The notes below the pieces were generated by a model. It was not told where the DNA came from, ran no database searches, and was given only the letters and a program-made list of their open reading frames with translations. Of a stretch of 64,000 bases of DNA, positions 8,546-14,514 are shown in pieces (position 1 is the first letter of the stretch; each line of letters opens with the position of its first letter). Both the position numbers and the translations under genes were made by a program. The stretch spans positions 286 through 64,285 of the forward strand of contig JAFPWN010000015.1 of the NCBI GenBank assembly GCA_017412765.1, written 5' to 3'. Origin of the DNA: Oscillospiraceae bacterium (lineage in GTDB: Bacteria > Bacillota > Clostridia > Oscillospirales > Oscillospiraceae).

Positions 8546-9292
8546 TCACTTTAACAGCGGCAGACCGCATTTTTGGCATCGGTCGGATTCTATGGAATTT
8601 TTTGTACCGCAGCTTACGCAAGCGATATACGGAGCGCGGGATTTATCGTATAATTCATACGGGAAATGAAACTGCGGATGATATTTGAATCGGTCGCCCA
8701 CTTGCAGATAGTCCCACGCCCAGATCTGAGTTCCTTCCTGCTCGACGATTCTTTTTTTCTTGCCGTCGCTTGTGCGCACAACGGTTACGTACTCCGTCAC
8801 CATTTCCTGATCGTCGTTATTCTTGTGGCGGTAGGTAAGACCCGTTTTTTTGTCGATCACGGTCGCCTCATAAGTGTTCTTGGCGCGTTCTTTTACAAAA
8901 CCGTAAATTGCGAATAATAAAAATATCCCAGAGATGACGGCACCGTATTTCAGTGCGTCCGTAGTCTCCATTTTATCACTCACGATACTGTAAATGACAA
9001 AGCCGATCAGCGGCAACGGTACGAAAAACAGCGAAAAGATACCCGCCGCCTTGCGGTTTTTCTTGACCGCCGCAAGAATTTCGGGATGGTTTACCCTGTC
9101 GGAAAAGCCCGGCGCGGGAATGCCCTGCCTCACTGCGCCGTTTCCGGCCCAGGCAGGCGCCCCATATACAGGCGCGGTATATTGTGTTGCAATCTGCTGT
9201 GCCGGTGCGGGTGCGGCGTTTTGTGCCGCTCCACAGTTAGGACAGAATTTGGCGTTGTTTTCTATTTGCGCGCCGCAGTTTGAACAAAACAT
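8546..9292 (-). CDS. Double zinc-ribbon membrane protein (DUF2500-like beta domain)
   Basis: 248 aa. N-terminal MFCSNCGAQIENNAKFCPNCG, two TM helices, then a C-terminal CVSCGTKNSIESDRCQKCG. RBS AAGGAGG upstream. First gene of the minus-strand cluster. Confidence 0.85.
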   Translation of the reverse strand: MFCSNCGAQIENNAKFCPNCGAAQNAAPAPAQQIATQYTAPVYGAPAWAGNGAVRQGIPAPGFSDRVNHPEILAAVKKNRKAAGIFSLFFVPLPLIGFVIYSIVSDKMETTDALKYGAVISGIFLLFAIYGFVKERAKNTYEATVIDKKTGLTYRHKNNDDQEMVTEYVTVVRTSDGKKKRIVEQEGTQIWAWDYLQVGDRFKYHPQFHFPYELYDKSRAPYIACVSCGTKNSIESDRCQKCGLPLLK

Positions 9293-9332
9293 AAAGATAC
9301 CTCCTTGCGAATTTTACTTTATTACAGAGTAC

Positions 9333-9362
9333 ATTATACTACTATAATAAGGATCGCCTCAA
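9333..9362 (-). promoter_or_regulatory. Candidate sigma-A promoter for the 9292->455 cluster
   Basis: The minus strand reads TTGAGG-N18-TATAAT (plus-strand CCTCAA at 9357-9362, ATTATA at 9333-9338), about 40 nt upstream of the ATG at 9292. Confidence 0.45.
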
Positions 9363-9364
9363 GA

Positions 9365-9403
9365 GTTGACAGCAAGTTGTCATTGACAATTTTCTTGGTC
9401 AAC
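9365..9403. promoter_or_regulatory. Nested palindromes, candidate operator in a divergent intergenic region
   Basis: GTTGACAGCAAG-TTGTCATTGACAA-TTTTCTTGGTCAAC: a perfect 13-nt palindrome TTGTCAtTGACAA (9377-9389) flanked by inverted GTTGAC/GTCAAC arms. Confidence 0.4.
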
Positions 9404-9465
9404 TGATTGATTTCCGGCCTGCTTTATGCTAAAACGATTATGAAATCATAGCAGGAGACAAGCCT

Positions 9466-9726
9466 ATGTTCAGCGAAAGACTAAATAGAATACTCACTTT
9501 GCTCGATGTAACTTCGGGGGATTTTGCGCGCTTTACCGGATGCGATAAATCCTATATCAGCCGTATGACAAGCGGTGCGAGAGTCCCTAAAAAAGGCGGA
9601 GCGGGCGCTTAGCGTATCGTAGACGGCATATACGCCTCTGCCGATGAAAAGGGCAAAACCGCCGGGATCTGCGAGCTGATTTCCTGCTAAGATCAAAACT
9701 CCGCAGATGGGATAAAGTCACAGATC
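9466..9726 (+). pseudogene. Disabled first HTH module of the downstream regulator gene (in-frame TAG and TAA)
   Basis: ATG at 9466 with a good RBS (AGGAG, 8 nt), in frame with 9727. It reads MFSERLNRILTLLDVTSGDFARFTGCDKSYISRMTSGARVPKKGGAGA*RIVDGIYASADEKGKTAGICELISC*DQNSADGIKSQIMAWLYD. Stops at 9610-9612 (TAG) and 9688-9690 (TAA). Homologous to residues about 26-120 of the 515-aa product. Confidence 0.7.
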
Positions 9727-11274
9727 ATGGCTTGGCTCTACGACGGAGAAGAGGTTACGGATAAGAAATCCAAAGCACCGAAGGATAAAGTGCCATACCG
9801 TGTGTTTGGAGAAAAGCTGAACGCCGTTATGGAACTTGCGGAGATCTCCAACATTCGCCTTGGAAATCTGGTCAATATCGATACTTCTTACATAAGTCGA
9901 TTCCGAAACGGACTGCGATCCCCGAAATCCAACCCGCGCACTATGGACGCCATATGCACCGCTTTATTGCGCAGACTGGGAGAACAGAATAAAATAAAAC
10001 AACTTGCGGCTCTTTTGAAAGCTGACCACGACGCGCTGACGGACGAAGAAGAGGCGTTTTCGCTGTTTCACGACTGGCTGTACGATACCGAAAAGACCGA
10101 CAGCAGTTCGGTAATCGAAAAGCTGCTTGAAAGCATCGATACCTTTTCTATAAACACAAAAACGCCGCTGCCTTCTTTTGAGGAAGCAGCGGCAACATTC
10201 AAATGTGAAGACACTGTATATTTCGGCTCGACCGGCTTACAAAACGCGGTGATACGGTTTCTCGGGGGCGTGATTTCGGGCGGAGACAAAGAACTGTATT
10301 TATATTCCGACCAGAATATGAACTGGCTGACCGACCCTGAGTTTCGTCTGAAATGGGCGGTGCTGATGCTTTGCTGTGTGCAAAAAGGCGTCAAGATCCA
10401 CATCATTCATAACGTTGACCGCGACGTTTCCGAAATGATCGAGGCGATCATCAGCTGGCTGCCGCTCTATATGTCTGGAATGATCCGTTCTTATTACTGC
10501 AAAAAACAGAAGAACTCCCGGTTTTCCAATACGGTCTTTTTATGCCCGGGCGTCGCCTGCATCAAGGGCAGCAATGTGATCGGAACAGAAGATCAAAACG
10601 GCGAATATCGTTACGATACTGATACTAAACTATTGGAAATGCACCAAGCTGCTTTTCACAGTCTGCTCGCCGACGCAAAGCAGCTTGTGAGAATATACGG
10701 CAATCTTGAAAGCGAAGGGGTTATTCACACGGGCTATTCCGGAATGACTGTGCTCGGAACAGCGCTGTCATTTGCCACGATGCCAAAAGAGATGCTCGTT
10801 TCGATCCTTGAACGCTGCGGCGCTGACGAAACCGTGAAGAACAGGGCGTTTTCCGTTTGGGAAAGTCGAAAGAGATTACTCGACGATACGCTGAGCGGAT
10901 CATTCGTCCACGAGTGCATTCCCGTGGCGGATGAAGAAAGCCTGTTTGGAAATAAAGTCTTAACGGATATTCCCAGTCTAAATGTCGCATATACACCGAA
11001 GGAATATGCTGAACATATACGGAACATCATCGCGCTGTCGGATGAAAGCCCAAAATACCGTTTCTGCGCTTTGCCGGACGCGCCCTTTGCCAATACGCAG
11101 ATCGTACTTTTCGACGACCTCGTAACGGTAAGTAGGCTGAACACCCCGCAGGTCACGTTTTTGATTTCCCATCCGGCTATGTACGAAGCCTTTGTCGCTT
11201 ATGCCGACCGCATAACAGCCCGCTACAAACAGGATAAACTCACGACCAAAAGACTGCTGGAACGGTATTTGTAA
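9727..11274 (+). CDS. HTH-containing putative transcriptional regulator with a large C-terminal domain
   Basis: 515-aa ORF. HTH-like FGEKLNAVMELAEISNIRLGNLVNIDTSYISRFRNGLRSPK. No convincing RBS before 9727, so the true start is uncertain. Divergent from the zinc-ribbon cluster. Confidence 0.75.
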   Translation: MAWLYDGEEVTDKKSKAPKDKVPYRVFGEKLNAVMELAEISNIRLGNLVNIDTSYISRFRNGLRSPKSNPRTMDAICTALLRRLGEQNKIKQLAALLKADHDALTDEEEAFSLFHDWLYDTEKTDSSSVIEKLLESIDTFSINTKTPLPSFEEAAATFKCEDTVYFGSTGLQNAVIRFLGGVISGGDKELYLYSDQNMNWLTDPEFRLKWAVLMLCCVQKGVKIHIIHNVDRDVSEMIEAIISWLPLYMSGMIRSYYCKKQKNSRFSNTVFLCPGVACIKGSNVIGTEDQNGEYRYDTDTKLLEMHQAAFHSLLADAKQLVRIYGNLESEGVIHTGYSGMTVLGTALSFATMPKEMLVSILERCGADETVKNRAFSVWESRKRLLDDTLSGSFVHECIPVADEESLFGNKVLTDIPSLNVAYTPKEYAEHIRNIIALSDESPKYRFCALPDAPFANTQIVLFDDLVTVSRLNTPQVTFLISHPAMYEAFVAYADRITARYKQDKLTTKRLLERYL

Positions 11275-11367
11275 TAGTTTAAGAATGTGCAGAAACACCC
11301 ATAAGAAAAGCAAAAAAATATTTCTAATGGGGCATTTTAAAGAGTACTAAAGTGAGCGATTGACGCT

Positions 11368-11925
11368 ATGTTCGTAATGTATAAAGAACCGATTGAAAAG
11401 GGTCTTATCGGATACGCCGGTCAGCTCGGCAAGGATGTTAACGATTTGGCAGATGACGAAATAATGTACGTAGTGGAAAAGGTCGCGGAGATTGCCGGTG
11501 AAGTCGGCACAAACATCATTATGCAAGGTCAGCATGTGCCGGAACTTTTCGGTTTTTCGACACAAATTCCGCAGCACGAAGACTTTTCAGCCAAACTGTC
11601 AGCCGACAAAATCAACTTCCATAAAAAATGGACTCACTCCGATACTAAACTCGGAGCGCCGCTCTTTTTCAGTGAGTTATCCGAAAATGAAGCAACCGAC
11701 ATTGAAGGTGCCAGAAATTTCTTTGGAAGTAATCCCGGTATGGAAATAAAGTATAATTTCCTGCGTGATGAATACGCTAAGATACTTGACGGAATCGACA
11801 GGGAGATATATTATTTATCTGAGTAGGGATACAAGCAAAAAGAAATCGCTAAAAAACTCGGATACAGCAATCACTCCGCCGTTTCAAAGCGGATGAAAAA
11901 GATAAATAAAGATTTTCAGGAATTC
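11368..11925 (+). pseudogene. Mobile-element sigma-70-like / HTH protein gene interrupted by an in-frame TAG
   Basis: The ORF ends ..ILDGIDREIYYLSE at TAG 11824-11826. The same frame continues GYKQKEIAKKLGYSNHSAVSKRMKKINKDFQEF, a typical sigma region-4-type HTH, so the DNA-binding part is cut off. No clear RBS at 11368. Confidence 0.6.
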
Positions 11926-12219
11926 TTAGGTTTTAAGTACCCATTCCATTTGATTTTGTGCCTTGAGGTCTTCGGTAATTCCGTCGGCTGCGGCGTATTC
12001 CTTTATCAGCCTGTCGAACAGCTCGTTTGCCGCTCTGTCAGTTTCCTCTAGGTGAGCGTTTAGAGTGCCGCCGAGAAACATTCCGGTGTAAATTGGATTT
12101 CTGTTCTTCCGCAGGAACTCTTTTCTTCGTCTGCCCCAAACTCCGATGTTCGGCTCTTTCGGCGCTGTAAGGTCAGGAATGAGATAGTCTCCCCCGTGGT
12201 GGTATGTGATTTCTGCCAT
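11926..12219 (-). pseudogene. tnpV: Truncated TnpV-family transposon protein
   Basis: MAEITYHHGGDYLIPDLTAPKEPNIGVWGRRRKEFLRKNRNPIYTGMFLGGTLNAHLEETDRAANELF..QMEWVLKT*. The TnpV N-terminal signature (ITYxxxGDYLIPxL) is recognised from memory. It ends about 20-25 aa short of the usual C-terminus, exactly where it meets the converging sigma-like remnant. Confidence 0.6.
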
Positions 12220-12285
12220 TTTGATGCCCTCATTTTAGGTTGTAGGCTCATCATAGCAGAAAAAGATAGAAATGACGAATGTGCG

Positions 12286-12324
12286 AAAAAAGCCCGAAGA
12301 TTGCATCTCTGCAACCTTCGGGCT
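12286..12324 (-). terminator. Rho-independent terminator-like hairpin (minus direction)
   Basis: AAAAA-AGCCCGAAGaTTGCAtctctTGCAAcCTTCGGGCT. The A-run on the plus side becomes a U-run for minus-strand transcripts coming from the tRNA/repeat side. Confidence 0.5.
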
Positions 12325-12409
12325 GAAACTAAATATTCTCTAAATCTTCCAGATAAGCAAGAAATCCGAACGCTGCTCCGATCGGAACAAAGTTCGGATT
12401 TCTATGCTT

Positions 12410-12701
12410 TGGTGGAGACTGACAGGCTCGAACTGTCGAAGCCGACGCTTGTGCGTCTGCTTCTCTTTTCCGCTTTGCTCAATTTGAGGTCGACAACGTT
12501 CGAGCCTCGCACTTTTTCGCAACAAAAAAGCACCCCCGACGGGGTGCTTTTTTGTTGGTGGAGACTGACAGGCTCGAACTGTCGAAGCCGACGCTTGTGC
12601 GTCTGCTTCCCTTTTCCGCTTTGCTCAATTTGAGGTCGACAACGTTCGAGCCTCGCACTTTTTCGCAGCAAAAAAGCACCCCCGACGGGGTGCTTTTTTG
12701 T
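12410..12701 (-). repeat. Two tandem 146-bp direct repeats, each starting with the last 30 nt of tRNA-Val (att-site-like scars)
   Basis: Units 12410-12555 and 12556-12701 differ at 2 positions. Each begins (plus strand) TGGTGGAGACTGACAGGCTCGAACTGTCGA, identical to 12702-12731 inside the intact tRNA-Val. Each ends with the hairpin AAAAAAGCACCCCCGACGGGGTGCTTTTTT. The period of 146 continues into the tRNA. Confidence 0.9.
12670..12699 (-). terminator. Bidirectional rho-independent terminator just downstream of tRNA-Val (copy also at 12524-12553)
   Basis: A6-GCACCCC-cgac-GGGGTGC-T6, 3 nt after the tRNA-Val CCA end. Confidence 0.8.
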
Positions 12702-12778
12702 TGGTGGAGACTGACAGGCTCGAACTGTCGACCTCACGCGTGTGAGGCGTGCGCTCTAACCAGCTGAGCTAAGCCTCC
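12702..12778 (-). tRNA. tRNA-Val (anticodon CAC)
   Basis: Reverse complement GGAGGCTTAGCTCAGCTGGTTAGAGCGCACGCCTCACACGCGTGAGGTCGACAGTTCGAGCCTGTCAGTCTCCACCA. The cloverleaf folds by hand, with anticodon loop CTCACAC and an encoded CCA. Confidence 0.93.
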
Positions 12779-12784
12779 GTTTAT

Positions 12785-12859
12785 TGGTGACCCGGACGGG
12801 ATTTGAACCCGTGTTACCGCCGTGAAAGGGCGGTGTCTTAACCGCTTGACCACCGGGCC
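12785..12859 (-). tRNA. tRNA-Glu (anticodon TTC)
   Basis: Reverse complement GGCCCGGTGGTCAAGCGGTTAAGACACCGCCCTTTCACGGCGGTAACACGGGTTCAAATCCCGTCCGGGTCACCA, with anticodon loop CTTTCAC. Confidence 0.93.
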
Positions 12860-13012
12860 TCGTCGTTTGAAGCTCGCTTCACTCCGTTTCGGCGCTGAAG
12901 GACGCGCCAAAACTCCGTATCCGCTCCCTCCAAACTCCTCTTCAAGACGAACCCGCTTTGCTGGGCTTCGTCTTGATTTTGAGTAAAAGAGTGCCTCGCA
13001 CATACATATATC

Positions 13013-13040
13013 AAAAAGGGGTGCGAAAGCACCCCTTTTT
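13013..13040 (-). terminator. Hairpin terminator directly after tRNA-Met
   Basis: AAAAAGGGGTGC-gaaa-GCACCCCTTTTT, flanked by A/T runs on both sides. Confidence 0.75.
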
Positions 13041-13042
13041 GA

Positions 13043-13119
13043 TGGTAGCGGCGACTGGATTCGAACCGGTGACACCGCGGGTATGAACCGCGTGCTCTAG
13101 CCAACTGAGCTACGCCGCC
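13043..13119 (-). tRNA. tRNA-Met (anticodon CAT, elongator type)
   Basis: Reverse complement GGCGGCGTAGCTCAGTTGGCTAGAGCACGCGGTTCATACCCGCGGTGTCACCGGTTCGAATCCAGTCGCCGCTACCA. Resembles the Bacillus elongator Met rather than initiator (no CGCGGGG start) or Ile2. Lysidine-Ile cannot be fully excluded. Confidence 0.85.
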
Positions 13120-13136
13120 GTAATGAGGCAAGAGTT

Positions 13137-13165
13137 ATTATACCCATCTGCCACTTAATTGTCAA
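13137..13165 (-). promoter_or_regulatory. Consensus sigma-A promoter for the tRNA cluster
   Basis: The minus strand reads TTGACA-N17-TATAAT, ending about 17 nt upstream of the tRNA-Met 5' end. Confidence 0.8.
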
Positions 13166-13223
13166 GAACTTTTTTACTATTGTGGAAAAAGAATTTATAT
13201 GGTACAATTCAGCCGGTGATACT

Positions 13224-13877
13224 ATGGATTTTCACGCGAATGCGGAGCATTTTATGCGCGATATGCGCTACCGCACCAAAATCATGCTCTATGTCAGCTT
13301 CACGCTGAACCTGATCTACGCCCTTGTGAAGCTGACTCTCGGCATCTGGGGCAACACCGTATGGGATATAGTTCTCGCGCTCTATTACATGGCGCTGGCG
13401 CTTATGCGCTTCGTCGTTCTGCGCACGGCGCGCGGTACGGAATTCGGCTCATTTCCCGAGGGCGAATACCGCATTTACCGCTTCGTCGGCGCGGTACTGC
13501 TTTTTATGAACCTTCTCCTCTCCGTCATGGTCGCCGCGTATTTGAGGCGCGAGGTGAGCTACAACTACTCCCTCATTCGATTGATCATAATGGCGGCTTA
13601 CTCCTTCTGGAAGATAATCTCAGCCACAGTTGCCGTCGTGCGCTCACCGCGCCAGCACTCCCCGCTCTACTCCTCGGCAAAAAATATCTCCCTCGCCGCG
13701 GCGCTCGTTTCCATGCTCTCGCTTGAGGAGGCGATGCTCGAATCGTTCTCTACCGACCCCGCGTTCCGGGATACGATGGTCGGCGCGACGGGGCTCGTTT
13801 CCTCGCTTATCCTCATCTCGCTCAGCGTTTATATGATCACCCGCGCAACACTGTTTCTCAGGAGACGCAGAAAATAA
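13224..13877 (+). CDS. Multi-pass membrane protein, function unknown
   Basis: The track ORF starts at GTG 13182, but TTGTGG-N17-(TGg)TACAAT at 13180-13208 sits inside it, so I prefer the ATG at 13224 (MDFHANAEHF..). About 5-6 hydrophobic helices. Confidence 0.65.
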   Translation: MDFHANAEHFMRDMRYRTKIMLYVSFTLNLIYALVKLTLGIWGNTVWDIVLALYYMALALMRFVVLRTARGTEFGSFPEGEYRIYRFVGAVLLFMNLLLSVMVAAYLRREVSYNYSLIRLIIMAAYSFWKIISATVAVVRSPRQHSPLYSSAKNISLAAALVSMLSLEEAMLESFSTDPAFRDTMVGATGLVSSLILISLSVYMITRATLFLRRRRK

Positions 13878-14242
13878 AAAATGCGAAGACTCACGGAATG
13901 ACGCTTGTCGCGATTACCTGCCTCGCACTCACTCTGCTTATGATCCTGATTGAAGAGGTCGACCTCTCCGCGCCTGTTTCCGGCTCTGAGGGCTGAGTGA
14001 TCCGGCCGCCGGATAACGGCTGCCGTTACCTCGACGTGAGCCTTATGACAGACGAGGGCAAAATGTGCTTTATGCATAGCTTCACAAACGGCAAGGAATC
14101 GGTTTTCAACGGCAATCTGACTTCAGGGGCAAAAACATATCTGACGGTGAATTTCCAATCCGAATTTGCGGCTCAGCGGCACCGATCCGAATAGCCGGAT
14201 GATAGTAGATTTCGGCACAGCACAGCTTGCAAAAACGATTTA

Positions 14243-14403
14243 ATACTAACCCCTGATTAAAAGCTTTAACCGAGCGCGCAGAATTTTTTGCGTCATACAA
14301 GGCGTCCGGTGCAGACAATACTTTGTGTATTATCAAGCCGGATAACGAAGTATGACGCGAAAAGGGCAAGCGCGAATTGAAGATTTTGATTAGGGGTTAG
14401 TAT
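14243..14403. repeat. 161-nt imperfect palindrome (rod-like hairpin); MITE-like element or structured RNA
   Basis: The outer arms ATACTAACCCCTGATTAA and TTGATTAGGGGTTAGTAT pair over 18 positions including G-U. Inner helices are GCGTCATAC/GTATGACGC (14290-98 / 14350-58), TCCGG/CCGGA and AATAC/GTATT, around the apical loop TTTGT at about 14322-14326. Confidence 0.6.
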
Positions 14404-14514
14404 AATTTTCAAATGAATGAGCACACCGTTTCCGATGTGCTCATTCTTTCATGCCGTTTTGCCCTTGCCAATGTCTTTATCTTAATGACATTGCCGAATC
14501 GGGTGCGTTTTTTG

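Noticed and set aside
9610-11826. In-frame TAG codons as programmed recoding (pyrrolysine or read-through)
   Set aside because: The regulator also has an in-frame TAA 78 nt downstream. Both affected genes sit in obviously decaying mobile DNA, and nothing in the window suggests Pyl machinery. Ordinary nonsense mutations are the simpler explanation.
12410-12701. Possible CRISPR array
   Set aside because: There are only two units, the whole 146 bp is repeated (no unique spacers), the repeat is identical to the tRNA-Val 3' end, and no cas genes are present.
12860-13042. 183-nt spacer between tRNA-Met and tRNA-Glu as a possible extra RNA gene
   Set aside because: It contains only the tRNA-Met terminator and one more hairpin (CAAGACGAA..TTCGTCTTG). 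No cloverleaf or known RNA motif could be folded by hand.
12196-13131. Several 60-145-aa ORFs on both strands
   Set aside because: They are translations of the tRNA genes, the 146-bp tRNA-end repeats and terminators. The repeated peptide strings simply mirror the DNA repeat.
13997-14194. 65-aa ORF (GTG start, GAGGG 4 nt upstream) in the gene-poor gap
   Set aside because: It has a short, non-canonical start with too-close RBS spacing, no motif, and no way to assess conservation. It is left unannotated but not excluded.
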